From IMG/VR virus record IMGVR_UViG_3300012928_003423, positions 6,932-70,931 of that record: a stretch of DNA of 64,000 bases; one strand, 5' to 3'. Shown one piece after another: positions 53,715 through 63,159 of this stretch; position 1 is the first letter of the stretch, and the number at the start of each line of letters is the position of its first letter. The position numbers and the translations under genes were made by a program. The stretch comes from a virus. Below the pieces are notes generated by a model that saw only the letters and a program-made list of their open reading frames with translations, ran no database searches and was not told the DNA's origin.

Positions 53715-54152
53715 TCAACGCCTCTTACTAGGAATAGCATAAAATCCTACGACCATAAAACATAAATCGATAAAAGAACTAAGCATAAGCCCGCCAGTTA
53801 GAGTTACTACTTCCCAATCTTTTCCACCAAATATATAACTAAAAAATCCCCATTTGGAACCCTCTCCTCTTGGTACTATGATGTCATAAGTTATGTCTGG
53901 ATTATGAGCATAATAAACCATTAAATAACATAGTGTAAAAGTTATACTCATAAATAAAATTCTACGAGTTACTTTTACAAAAGGGTCGGAAGCTTGAGTG
54001 GCTTGATTCTTAGCCATAGCCTCAAACATTTTTTCATCTCTAATAGCAAGCATCATTTGATCTTGCCTTTTCTGCTCTAACCATGCATTTACAAGGTTAC
54101 AAGCGAGTTTTATGCCCGCACCTAATACAGTGTTTAGGATAGGACCCATCAT
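53715..54152 (-). CDS. Membrane protein (holin-like)
   Basis: N-terminal amphipathic helix, TMs ILFMSITFTLCYLMVYY and GGLMLSSFIDLCFMVVGFY. Confidence 0.6.
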   Translation of the reverse strand: MMGPILNTVLGAGIKLACNLVNAWLEQKRQDQMMLAIRDEKMFEAMAKNQATQASDPFVKVTRRILFMSITFTLCYLMVYYAHNPDITYDIIVPRGEGSKWGFFSYIFGGKDWEVVTLTGGLMLSSFIDLCFMVVGFYAIPSKRR

Positions 54153-54155
54153 TTA

Positions 54156-54344
54156 TCAAATACTATCAAATGCCTCTTTACTGCAAAACTTAGTTAATTT
54201 TGTGCCATCATCATCAACGGCAGCAAAAGCATATCTAATGGTTTTTTTTCCAGCTTTAGAGACTTTTTCATAAGTTTTTTTCTCAACTTTAGATTCGTCG
54301 ATACTGACTTTAGTTTTTTTCTTTACATTGTAAAATTCAATCAT
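54156..54344 (-). CDS. Small basic beta protein (Cc1/DUF5679-like)
   Basis: IEFYNVKKKTKV...TIRYAFAAVDDDGTKLTKF; Lys-rich, 62 aa. Confidence 0.55.
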   Translation of the reverse strand: MIEFYNVKKKTKVSIDESKVEKKTYEKVSKAGKKTIRYAFAAVDDDGTKLTKFCSKEAFDSI

Positions 54345-54375
54345 GTTATTATCGGGTTATTATTATAATAAAATA

Positions 54376-54801
54376 TTATTTGTATTTTTCTAAATGTTTT
54401 TTAATTTTTTCAAATAATTTTTCTTCTATCTTGTAAGGAAAATTCTCAACAGAATCAACACTCCACCACATATATGCAGTATGCTCTGCATTTAAGCAAA
54501 CATTTGGCAAGTAGTTTAAGTTGCAAAAATGTAAATGAAAAATATTTTTTTCAAAATTTTTTAAATGACCTGCATACTCAAGATCTTCAACAGATATTTT
54601 TATTTTAGATTCTTCATATAGTTCTCTAACCGCACATTCAGCAGGAGTCTCGCTACCCTCCATCGATCCGCAAAATATAGACCAATGCTCTGGAAAAGGT
54701 ACTGGAATTTTTTTCTCCCCCCAATATTTGGGTCTTTTCGCAAGGAGAAATGATTTTCCTTGAGATATAACACAAACTCCAGCAGACTTCTTTATTGGCA
54801 T
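54376..54801 (-). CDS. Nudix hydrolase
   Basis: WSIFCGSMEGSETPAECAVRELYEESKI Nudix box; LNAEH. Confidence 0.9.
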   Translation of the reverse strand: MPIKKSAGVCVISQGKSFLLAKRPKYWGEKKIPVPFPEHWSIFCGSMEGSETPAECAVRELYEESKIKISVEDLEYAGHLKNFEKNIFHLHFCNLNYLPNVCLNAEHTAYMWWSVDSVENFPYKIEEKLFEKIKKHLEKYK

Positions 54802-57236
54802 GATTCGCAGATTTCTCCATTTTTCATAGCTTCAATACTGCAAGCTTGAGATTCTTGATCTGAAGACCCTGTGGACTTCTCCACTTTACTTGCAGCCCTA
54901 TTTCTTAAATAGTAAGTGGTTTTTAAGCCAGCCTCCCAAGATGCAGTATATATGTCATTTAAATACTTTAAAGAAGTGGTTTTATTGTAAAGATTAAAGC
55001 TCACAGCTTGATCTATCCATTTTTGACGAACTGAATTACATTCGATTAATTTAAACATATCTCTGTCAAATGCAGTTTTATACTTTTCTTTAAACTCTTG
55101 AGGGATATTTCCATTCGCTAGAGATAAATCCCCATCTATACTTTTAACAAAAGATGCTATCTCAGGATTCCATAGCCCCTTAGATTTCATGTCATTAACA
55201 AAATGATCGTTAGTTATATAGAAGTTGCCACTTTTATTTTCATAAACAAAGAGGACGGAAAAGTTTGGCTCTATACTCTGCTCCACTCCATTGATATATC
55301 CTATTGTAGCCGTAGGAGCAATAGCCATAACATTTGAATTTCGCATTCCAAATTCAGCAACATGTTGACGAACTCTAGCCCAATCTTCTAAAGTTTGACC
55401 TTTACCTGTTTTGGGTTGTTTTTGTTTGCCCCTGTAAGCCATTAAATTATTATAAGAGTCAATTGGAAATACATTTCCACTCCAAAGAGAGCCTTCATAA
55501 GTTTCGTACTTACCTCTTTCAGCAGCTAAAAGAGAGCTAGCATATATGGCGTGCATTGAGTAAAATTCAAAAATTTCATTATTAAACTTAACTGCCTCGT
55601 CACTATCAATAGATATATTTAATTTATGCAATACATCGTGAAGCGACATCATGCCTAATCCTATAGGTCTATTTCTTAAGTTAGAGTTTTTTGATTCTTT
55701 TGTTGGGTAAAAATTAAGATCTATTACATTGTCCAACATTCTAATAGCTGTATGTATAGTCTTTTCTAACTTTTTATAATTTATAGAATTATCTTTATTA
55801 AGATGGTTTAATAAATTTATAGAACCTAGATTGCAAACAGCAGTCTCTCCGATTTCAATTTTCTCCCCTTCTTTATATTTAGAAGGTTTAGTATGCAAAG
55901 TAATTTCAGTACATAGATTGGAACTTCTAACAGCTCCTTCATGTTGATTCGTATACCTGATGTTGCAAGCATCCTTAAATGTGTTCCATGGGTGAGAAGT
56001 TTCAAATAAAACCTTGAGCATTTTTTTCCAAAGCTCTTTTGCTGGCATTTTTCTAAAATTCTTAATGTCGCCATATTCTGCCGCTCGACATGCATCTTCA
56101 TATCGATCATCAAAATCTTTACCAAAATAATCATGCAAGGTTTTTCCGTCTTCATAAACCATTTCACTTGGATCGAAGAAATACCAATCTTCTTCTTTCT
56201 GAACTCTCCTCATGAACTCATCAGGTATCCAAGATGCAGTATTCATGTCATGGCAACGAAGCCTGTCATCCCCAGTATTTCTTCTTAAATTGAGAAAGTC
56301 TTCAAAATCAAGATGCCAAGGCTCAAGATATGCACACCCAGCACCTGGCCTTTTCCCACCTTGATTTACTGCCACTAATAAATCGTTATATATTTTTAAC
56401 CAAGGGACAAGTCCACTAGATATTCCATTTGTGCCTTGAATGTGAGCGCCTGTAGATCTAAAAGGCGTAACATCTAAACCTAAGCCACCTGCATATTTTG
56501 ATTTTCTGGCTTCTTGCCAAGCTCCATCAAAAATTCCATCTATACTATCATCAAAAGTATTTAAATAACAAGAGCTAAGCTGAGATCTAACTGTACCACT
56601 ATTAAATAATGTGGGAGTTGATGATGTGTAAAGAAATTGACTAAATAAATTATAAAATTCAATAGCCTTAGCATCTTTATTTCTTTCATTTATTGCAAGC
56701 CCCATAGCTACTCTCATCCAAAAAGACTGAGGAGCTTCCATGATTTTATCATCTTGCCTTATAAAATATCTATCAGTTAAAATCTGTATGCCTAAATATT
56801 TGAAAGATAGATCTCTTCTTATTTTTATAGCTTCAGATAACTTAACTAAATCAAAATCCAAAAGCCTATTGTCTAGTCTGCCGTCTTTAACTAACTTTTT
56901 AGTATTTTGTATAAAACTTTTTCTGTACTGAAGTTTAAATGTATCTGAATCAACGCCCTCTTTAAAAACTTCTTTATATACCGTGTTTAATAGTAGTCTA
57001 GCTGCAACAAAACTATAGTTTGGCTCTTTTTGTATTTTTTCACGAGAGCTTAATATTAAAGCTTGATCTATTTCTGTAGTCTTAATTTTATCATAAAGTT
57101 GGAGTTGAGCATCCAATACAATCTCGCTAGCCGAAACTTCTTCTATATCATCACAAGCCCTTTGTGCTATCTTATTTATTTTTTCTACATTAAATTGCTC
57201 TAATCTACCGTTTCTTTTTTTTACTTTTATGTCCAT
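54792..57236 (-). CDS. nrdA: Ribonucleotide reductase alpha subunit (class I) with an N-terminal ATP cone
   Basis: VKKRNGR ATP cone, STPTLFNSGT, LSSCYL, SNLCTEI, VCNLGS, APTAT, TTYYLR, C-terminal CESC. Confidence 0.96.
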   Translation of the reverse strand: MDIKVKKRNGRLEQFNVEKINKIAQRACDDIEEVSASEIVLDAQLQLYDKIKTTEIDQALILSSREKIQKEPNYSFVAARLLLNTVYKEVFKEGVDSDTFKLQYRKSFIQNTKKLVKDGRLDNRLLDFDLVKLSEAIKIRRDLSFKYLGIQILTDRYFIRQDDKIMEAPQSFWMRVAMGLAINERNKDAKAIEFYNLFSQFLYTSSTPTLFNSGTVRSQLSSCYLNTFDDSIDGIFDGAWQEARKSKYAGGLGLDVTPFRSTGAHIQGTNGISSGLVPWLKIYNDLLVAVNQGGKRPGAGCAYLEPWHLDFEDFLNLRRNTGDDRLRCHDMNTASWIPDEFMRRVQKEEDWYFFDPSEMVYEDGKTLHDYFGKDFDDRYEDACRAAEYGDIKNFRKMPAKELWKKMLKVLFETSHPWNTFKDACNIRYTNQHEGAVRSSNLCTEITLHTKPSKYKEGEKIEIGETAVCNLGSINLLNHLNKDNSINYKKLEKTIHTAIRMLDNVIDLNFYPTKESKNSNLRNRPIGLGMMSLHDVLHKLNISIDSDEAVKFNNEIFEFYSMHAIYASSLLAAERGKYETYEGSLWSGNVFPIDSYNNLMAYRGKQKQPKTGKGQTLEDWARVRQHVAEFGMRNSNVMAIAPTATIGYINGVEQSIEPNFSVLFVYENKSGNFYITNDHFVNDMKSKGLWNPEIASFVKSIDGDLSLANGNIPQEFKEKYKTAFDRDMFKLIECNSVRQKWIDQAVSFNLYNKTTSLKYLNDIYTASWEAGLKTTYYLRNRAASKVEKSTGSSDQESQACSIEAMKNGEICESCQ

Positions 57237-57328
57237 GAATTTATTTTTAAGTTTAGGGATAACACGACTTTACTAGTTACACAATGATTCAAGCTAAATC
57301 CAGCTTAAAACAAAATAAAATTTAAGTT

Positions 57329-57357
57329 ATGTTACAAAAAAAATTGCAACAAGTCAA
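57329..57357 (-). promoter_or_regulatory. sigma70-like promoter TTGACT-N17-TAACAT upstream of nrdA
   Basis: -35 at 57352-57357, -10 at 57329-57334; a GTGTA motif also lies at 57278-57282 in the leader. Confidence 0.65.
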
Positions 57358-57366
57358 CAAGAAAAA

Positions 57367-58329
57367 TCACAAATTTTTTAAAAACCAAGAATAGGTTTCC
57401 GCAATACCTTTGTTTAAAGGAGTTTGTGGTAAAAATCCTAGATTAACCAATCTTGTATTATCCATTTTTTTTCTATAAGTGCCGTCTGGCTTATCTTTAT
57501 CAAAAATTATTTCACCATTATAATTTAAAATTTTTTTAATTTTTAATAAAAGATTTAAAATTGTAATTTCTTCATTTGACCCGCAGTTTAAATGAGATAT
57601 GCCTTGGTCGTATATATCTTTAGCTTCAACATTCTCCATGCAGAAAACAATTGCTTTAGCGACATCTTTGGAATATAAAAATTCTCTCAATGGACTTCCT
57701 GTACCCCATAAAGTTATATTTTCTTTTTTCTCTAATATAGCTTTATGAACTTTATTTATTAATGCTGGTAAAACATGAGAAGATTTTAAATCAAAATTAT
57801 CTCCAGGGCCATAAAGATTGCACGGCATTAATGAATAAAAATTGTTTTGATGCTGGTCATAAAAACTTTGGCACATTTTTAGTATAGCTATTTTTGCAAT
57901 GGCATAAGGTTCATTTGTTGGTTCTAATAATCCAGTTAGCAAAGACTCCTCTTTTATGGGTATTTGAGCTTCTTTGGGATAAATACATGAAGAACCTAAG
58001 TTTATTAACTTTTTAATTTCAAATTTATGGCAAGCTTGAACAACATTCGTTCCAATCTTAATGTTATCATATATGAAATCTGCTTTAAAATTATTATTCG
58101 CTAATATGCCTCCTACCTTTGCAGCACATAAAATTACAATATCAAAATTAAGATTTTTAAATAAGAGATTGACTTCACTTTCTTTTCTTAAATCTACCTC
58201 TTCCTTTGAACGTGTATGAATGTTGTTGTAACCCTGTTTTTTTAATTCTGAAACTACAGCCGAGCCAACCATTCCATTATGACCAGCAACAAAAATAGAA
58301 CTATCTTTGTGATAATTTTGTATAATCAT
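57367..58329 (-). CDS. fcl: GDP-L-fucose synthase
   Basis: IFVAGHNGMVGSA, AAKVGGI, LGSSCIYP, LEPTNEPYAIAK, MPCNLYGPGDNF, WGTGSPLREF. Confidence 0.95.
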   Translation of the reverse strand: MIIQNYHKDSSIFVAGHNGMVGSAVVSELKKQGYNNIHTRSKEEVDLRKESEVNLLFKNLNFDIVILCAAKVGGILANNNFKADFIYDNIKIGTNVVQACHKFEIKKLINLGSSCIYPKEAQIPIKEESLLTGLLEPTNEPYAIAKIAILKMCQSFYDQHQNNFYSLMPCNLYGPGDNFDLKSSHVLPALINKVHKAILEKKENITLWGTGSPLREFLYSKDVAKAIVFCMENVEAKDIYDQGISHLNCGSNEEITILNLLLKIKKILNYNGEIIFDKDKPDGTYRKKMDNTRLVNLGFLPQTPLNKGIAETYSWFLKNL

Positions 58330-59374
58330 TCTGGTACATTTTTTTTACAAGACCTTTAAAGTCGGTTTTTCTTTGCCATCCAAGCTCTCTTTCTGCTTTA
58401 GATGGATCGCCACATAATTCATGAACTTCTGCTGGTCTGTAAAATTTAGGATTAACTTCCATGATTACATGATCGCCTTTTTTAGAAATGTATTTTTCTT
58501 GATCTCCTGATCCTGTTTTATAATATTCTATGCAAGCATTTTTTAATGTTTCTTCCAGGAACTCTCTTATTGTGTGCATTTTGCCACTGCCTAAAACATA
58601 GTTTTTAGGATCTCCTTTCTGATTGAGCATCAACCAGACCCCCTCCATAAAATCTTCTGCATCGCTCCAATCTCTTTTAGCTTCTAAATTGCCGAGTGAA
58701 AATTTAGGAAATTCGATATGATGTAAATTTGACTTCTCCAAGGCAAGCTTAAATTTAGCCACATTGTAGGTTATCTTTCTTGTTACAAAATCAATACCTC
58801 TTCTTACTCCCTCATGATTGAATAACCAACCCTGAACTGCATATAATCCATATGATTCTTTATATACTCTTACCAAATGCCTAGCCGCACATTTTGCAGC
58901 TCCATAAGGAGATTGAGGACGCAAAGGATGATCGTCATTTTGAGGCGAATAAATTACATCCCCAAACTCTTCAGATGATCCTGCATTATAAAACTTACAT
59001 TGAGGAGCGAACCTCCTTAATGACTCAAGAATATGAAGAACTGCATCTGCATCTGTTCCCCAAGTTTGAATTGGATATTTCCAACTGCCAGCCACAAAAG
59101 ATTGAGCAGCAAAATTAATAAAATAATCTGGGTCAATGTCAATTATACAATCTCTTATACTATGAGCATCATTTAAATCTAAATCTAACATCTCAAAATT
59201 AGGATGATTTTCAAGATGTAATATATTTTCATGATTTTTAACACTTAACCTTCTAACGGTTCCATAAATTTTAAAATCAGAATCTCCGAGTTTATTTAAA
59301 AATAAATCAATTAAATAATCACACATGTGACTACCATCTTGACCAGTTATTCCTGTTACTATTATTTTTTTCAT
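58301..59374 (-). CDS. gmd: GDP-mannose 4,6-dehydratase
   Basis: TGITGQDGS, NFAAQSFV, AGSSEEFG, PQSPYGAAK, FNHE, FVTRKIT, LGNLEAKRDW, RPAEV. Confidence 0.95.
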   Translation of the reverse strand: MKKIIVTGITGQDGSHMCDYLIDLFLNKLGDSDFKIYGTVRRLSVKNHENILHLENHPNFEMLDLDLNDAHSIRDCIIDIDPDYFINFAAQSFVAGSWKYPIQTWGTDADAVLHILESLRRFAPQCKFYNAGSSEEFGDVIYSPQNDDHPLRPQSPYGAAKCAARHLVRVYKESYGLYAVQGWLFNHEGVRRGIDFVTRKITYNVAKFKLALEKSNLHHIEFPKFSLGNLEAKRDWSDAEDFMEGVWLMLNQKGDPKNYVLGSGKMHTIREFLEETLKNACIEYYKTGSGDQEKYISKKGDHVIMEVNPKFYRPAEVHELCGDPSKAERELGWQRKTDFKGLVKKMYQNDYTKLSQR

Positions 59375-59377
59375 TTA

Positions 59378-60331
59378 TTAATCAATATATAATTCTTTTT
59401 TGTAAGAAGGAATCCAGTCTTCAACACTGACACTGGGACTCCATTTTAATAGACTTTTAGCTTTGCTGTTATCAGCTAATGTTTCTCTAGGCTCTAAACG
59501 TTTTTCTATATATTTTCGCTCGCCACCCATTAAATCTGCTATTTGATTTATTGATCTATTATCTCCATTACCAATATTTATAACTTCTCCATTAAATTTT
59601 TCAGAAGATTTCATGGCTAGCAAGTTTGCTTTAGCCACATCACCAACATAAGTAAAATCTCTTCTCTGTTCTCCATCTCCAGTTATAGTTATAGGATCTC
59701 CCGCTATTCTTTGTTTTGCGAAAGTACTAATCACCAAAGCATAAGCTCCTTCTAGAACTTGCCTAGGTCCAAATACATTAAAATATCTTAGAGAAACCGT
59801 ATCAAGATTATAGCAATGGGAGAAAACTCTACAATATTGTTCTCCCACTAATTTTTGTAAACCATATGGGCTAAGAGGATCAGTTGGAGCAGTTTCTGGA
59901 GTAGGAAGAATATCAGTATCGCCATAAGCCGATGAAGATGCACTATAAACAAATCTTTTAGCTCCAATATCTTTGCATAAGGAAAGTGCATTTAATGTTC
60001 CATCTATATTCGCTTTATGGTATTTAAAAGGTTCTTCTATTGAAGGTTGAACTCTAGCAAGAGCTGCAAAATGGAAAACTCCATCTGCACCATCTATTGC
60101 CTGCATCATAATGTCGTAAAAGCCATTCAATGCTTTTCCTTCTGCATTTTGGTTTTTACAAAAATCATACAAGCTTATATCGAAATTATGAAAATGACTT
60201 TTTTCATTAACATTACTCATAAATCCTGTAGATAAATTATCTATCACATAGACTTCATGACCATCTTCGATTAAAGCGTCAACTACATTTGAGCCAATAA
60301 AACCAGCTCCTCCAATTACTACATATTTCAT
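59378..60331 (-). CDS. NAD-dependent nucleotide-sugar epimerase (GalE/WbpP-like)
   Basis: GGAGFIGS, HFAALARV, ASSSSAYG, SPYGLQK, RYFNVFGPRQ, RDFTYV. Confidence 0.9.
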   Translation of the reverse strand: MKYVVIGGAGFIGSNVVDALIEDGHEVYVIDNLSTGFMSNVNEKSHFHNFDISLYDFCKNQNAEGKALNGFYDIMMQAIDGADGVFHFAALARVQPSIEEPFKYHKANIDGTLNALSLCKDIGAKRFVYSASSSAYGDTDILPTPETAPTDPLSPYGLQKLVGEQYCRVFSHCYNLDTVSLRYFNVFGPRQVLEGAYALVISTFAKQRIAGDPITITGDGEQRRDFTYVGDVAKANLLAMKSSEKFNGEVINIGNGDNRSINQIADLMGGERKYIEKRLEPRETLADNSKAKSLLKWSPSVSVEDWIPSYKKELYID

Positions 60332-60340
60332 ATTATTTTA

Positions 60341-61240
60341 TTATACATGATCGTGACCACATCCTGATGGATCTTCATTTCCAGATTTAGTAACCGCAGA
60401 AGAAAAATTTTCCCAATCTTTCTCTGGTCTAACTTTTATATTAGTTTTCCAAGCTCCTTCTAACACATTAGGAGTTATATTATTAGATTTCATTAAATTA
60501 ATAAAGGAATTTATATCTTTGGGAAAACAAGTTCCTCCAAACCCAGCTTTACCATCATGCCCTGGTACTTGATAATGGCTAATCCCAATCCTTCCATCAG
60601 ACAGTACTCCTTCCATAATTTCATTATAATTCAAACTTAATTTTTCGCATAGTAAATTGACTTCATTGAAATAACTAATTTTTGTAGCAAAAAAACAATT
60701 TGCTACATACTTAATCATCTCACTAGAATCACTATCAACTAAAAAAGTTTTTGTTCCTGGAAATCTTTTTTCAAAAAGCTCTACAGCTTTGTTAGGAACA
60801 GCATGAAGGTTTGAATAAAAACTTTTTGGGTATCCTATTATATTTCTTGCAGGAGTTATAAAATCAAGTAAGGCTGTTCTTGCTGTAAGAAACTCAGGAG
60901 AATGCAATATTTTTAATTTTTTAAACTTTGTTTGTAATTTCAAAGTGGTTCCTATCGGAACTGTAGATTTTATAACAAAAATTGCATCAGATCCTATTGA
61001 TGATATCTCTTCAAATACAGAATTTATAATAGACAAGTCGCATTTACCATTTTGAGATAAAGACATGGGAGTAGGGACACAAACAAATACTAAATCTTGT
61101 TTTATACAATCTCTTAAACTGTCTTTGCTTTTATTTTTATCTTTGTCAAAAATTTTTAAATCATTAACATAATGAACAAACCCTTGAAAAACCGCAGATC
61201 CTACAAATCCGTTTCCTATAATGCCAAGTGTTATATCCAT
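60341..61240 (-). CDS. ugd: UDP-glucose/GDP-mannose dehydrogenase family protein, lacking the C-terminal domain
   Basis: GIIGNGFVG, CVPTP, KSTVPIG, HSPEFL, SEMIKYVAN.FFATKISYFNE, GFGGTCFPKD; only 299 aa. Confidence 0.85.
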   Translation of the reverse strand: MDITLGIIGNGFVGSAVFQGFVHYVNDLKIFDKDKNKSKDSLRDCIKQDLVFVCVPTPMSLSQNGKCDLSIINSVFEEISSIGSDAIFVIKSTVPIGTTLKLQTKFKKLKILHSPEFLTARTALLDFITPARNIIGYPKSFYSNLHAVPNKAVELFEKRFPGTKTFLVDSDSSEMIKYVANCFFATKISYFNEVNLLCEKLSLNYNEIMEGVLSDGRIGISHYQVPGHDGKAGFGGTCFPKDINSFINLMKSNNITPNVLEGAWKTNIKVRPEKDWENFSSAVTKSGNEDPSGCGHDHV

Positions 61241-61276
61241 TATTTTATAATAAATTTATATAAAAATTTTCAAAAA

Positions 61277-61996
61277 TTATATTTTACTTCTAGCTAAACC
61301 TAATTCAGAAATCTCTTTTGAGTCTTGTGGTCTAGAAACAAAAAGAGCTTTTGATCTATCTGTAGTTTCTTCTTTTTTGAGGAATGCTGATATAATAGAT
61401 TTTCTTTCTGATTTGACTAAAGGGACTCCATGATAAGATTTTGAAGAATCCTCAAAAATTAATAATCTGTTATTTATAGGCTCAATTTCTATAATTTTTT
61501 CTGAAACATTATCGTTCCATATTTCTAGGCATCCTTCGTCCCTTTCTCTGTTATAATCTTTATTTAAATAATAAATTAAAGTCAACTTCTTTTTAAGGCC
61601 GCTTTCTGGATGAACATCAGCATCGCTATGTATCATTTGCTTCGAGTCTTTTAACATAGACCTTACTCCAGCCCACCTTCTCGTTTTATCGATTATTAGA
61701 TTTTGAATATTAGTGACTTCTTCTATGATGTTCTTGAAGTTTTCTGAATGAAAATAATCTAAGACAGAGAGGGGGCTACTGGGAATGTCTTCACAATTAT
61801 CAATTGCAATCATCCCTGTTTCTAGAATATTTTCTTTTTCACCTATTTTTTTATGCCCCCCATGCCAAACACTTGAATTGGAATCAGGCCAATCTTTTAG
61901 GATTGATTCATTAACTTCTGATTTCAAGAAGCTATCAATAACCCAAACATTATACGGTTTACTGTAGTGATTTATTGAGTATTCAGAATTAATCAT
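61277..61996 (-). CDS. 2OG-Fe(II) oxygenase
   Basis: MIHSD (HxD), LTLIYYLN, GCLEIW, PINNRLLIF, SYHGV, RKSI. Confidence 0.88.
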   Translation of the reverse strand: MINSEYSINHYSKPYNVWVIDSFLKSEVNESILKDWPDSNSSVWHGGHKKIGEKENILETGMIAIDNCEDIPSSPLSVLDYFHSENFKNIIEEVTNIQNLIIDKTRRWAGVRSMLKDSKQMIHSDADVHPESGLKKKLTLIYYLNKDYNRERDEGCLEIWNDNVSEKIIEIEPINNRLLIFEDSSKSYHGVPLVKSERKSIISAFLKKEETTDRSKALFVSRPQDSKEISELGLARSKI

Positions 61997-63159
61997 AACA
62001 TCTTTTCAAAAAAATATTTATTGTATTCATTTTTTAATATACCTAAAAGTTGATTGGATATAAAGTCTATGTCTTGAGTCGTTAACCACCACCCACAAGG
62101 AAGAGAAATTTGATGCTTGTTAAAATAATCTGTTTCTGGTAGATCTTTGATGCTTTGAGAAAAACAACTATAATTATGATTTGGTATATGTACAACGCCA
62201 GCACCTATTCCAATTTTATTTAAAGATTCAAGGACATCATCTCTATTAATTTTATCATTTAATAATATTGTAAAGACCCAATAGCTAGGGTTGCATTCAT
62301 CAGGTTTAGATAAAAAAGATAAGAAATCATTATCTGACAAAAACCTCTCATATAGTAACGCGTTTTTTCTATGAGAATTGATTATTATCTCTAAATGAGG
62401 TATTTGAGACAAGCCAATAGCTGCTGAGATATTATTCATGTGAAACTTATATCCAGGTTCTTTAATGTCAGTCTCCCACCTCTGACCTTTCCATTCACCT
62501 TTTTCATCTTTAGATAACTCTCTATCTATGCCAAACCACTTTAATGGCTTAGCTCTTTTGAAGTCTTCATCATTTCTACACATTAATAAACCACCATCTC
62601 CGCTGGTAATATGTTTGATGGCTTGTAAACTATAGCATGTAAAGTCGGAGTAATGGCATAATTGTTTTTCCTTGTAGGTCGATCCAAAAGAATGAGCCGC
62701 GTCCTGAATTAATTTTATATCATTATCTTTACAAAATTTATCCAACTCTATTAGATCACATGGGTAGCCAGCCCAATTAACACAAACTAAAGCTTTTGTT
62801 TTTTTTGTTATTGATTTTTCTAAATTTTCAAAGTCAATATTTCCTGTATTTCTGTCAATATCCACCCAAACAGGATTCGCTCCTAAATTACATATAGGCA
62901 TATTTGTCGCAACACATGTCATTGATGTAGTTAGTACATCGTCCCCATCTTGGACTCCAGAAATTTTCAAAGCAAGTGTTAAGGCTGATGTGCAAGAATT
63001 AACAGCGAGCAAATTATTGAAATTAAAATAGTTTTTAAATTGATTTTCTAATTCTATCACCCATTCGCCTTCATTAAGAAAACCGCTCTCTAGCACTTCT
63101 TCTAGATTTTTTAGAGCTAAAGTTTTATCGGTATGAACTTTAAAGAGTGGGAATTTCAT
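61993..63159 (-). CDS. DegT/DnrJ/EryC1/StrS PLP sugar aminotransferase (perosamine-synthase-like)
   Basis: AVNSCTSAL, DAAHSFG, SLQAIKHITSGDGG (PLP Lys), GYKFHMNN. Confidence 0.93.
   Translation of the reverse strand: MKFPLFKVHTDKTLALKNLEEVLESGFLNEGEWVIELENQFKNYFNFNNLLAVNSCTSALTLALKISGVQDGDDVLTTSMTCVATNMPICNLGANPVWVDIDRNTGNIDFENLEKSITKKTKALVCVNWAGYPCDLIELDKFCKDNDIKLIQDAAHSFGSTYKEKQLCHYSDFTCYSLQAIKHITSGDGGLLMCRNDEDFKRAKPLKWFGIDRELSKDEKGEWKGQRWETDIKEPGYKFHMNNISAAIGLSQIPHLEIIINSHRKNALLYERFLSDNDFLSFLSKPDECNPSYWVFTILLNDKINRDDVLESLNKIGIGAGVVHIPNHNYSCFSQSIKDLPETDYFNKHQISLPCGWWLTTQDIDFISNQLLGILKNEYNKYFFEKML

Noticed and set aside
34318-57236. Inteins or group I introns in dnaE, dnaB, recA or nrdA
   Set aside because: Lengths and motif spacing are normal; no intein terminal HN-C/S/T motif or interrupting endonuclease seen
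57237-57328. NrdR box or riboswitch in the nrdA leader; small AAGCT-N6-AGCTT hairpin at 57291-57306
   Set aside because: No convincing acaCwAtATaTwGtg palindrome, and the 5-bp stem is too weak in AT-rich DNA
321-62000. Many short opposite-strand or nested ORFs in the track (e.g. 321-560+, 13248-13460+, 32579-32854+, 55826-56167-)
   Set aside because: They lie antisense to or inside well-supported genes and have the composition of shadow frames, with no motifs
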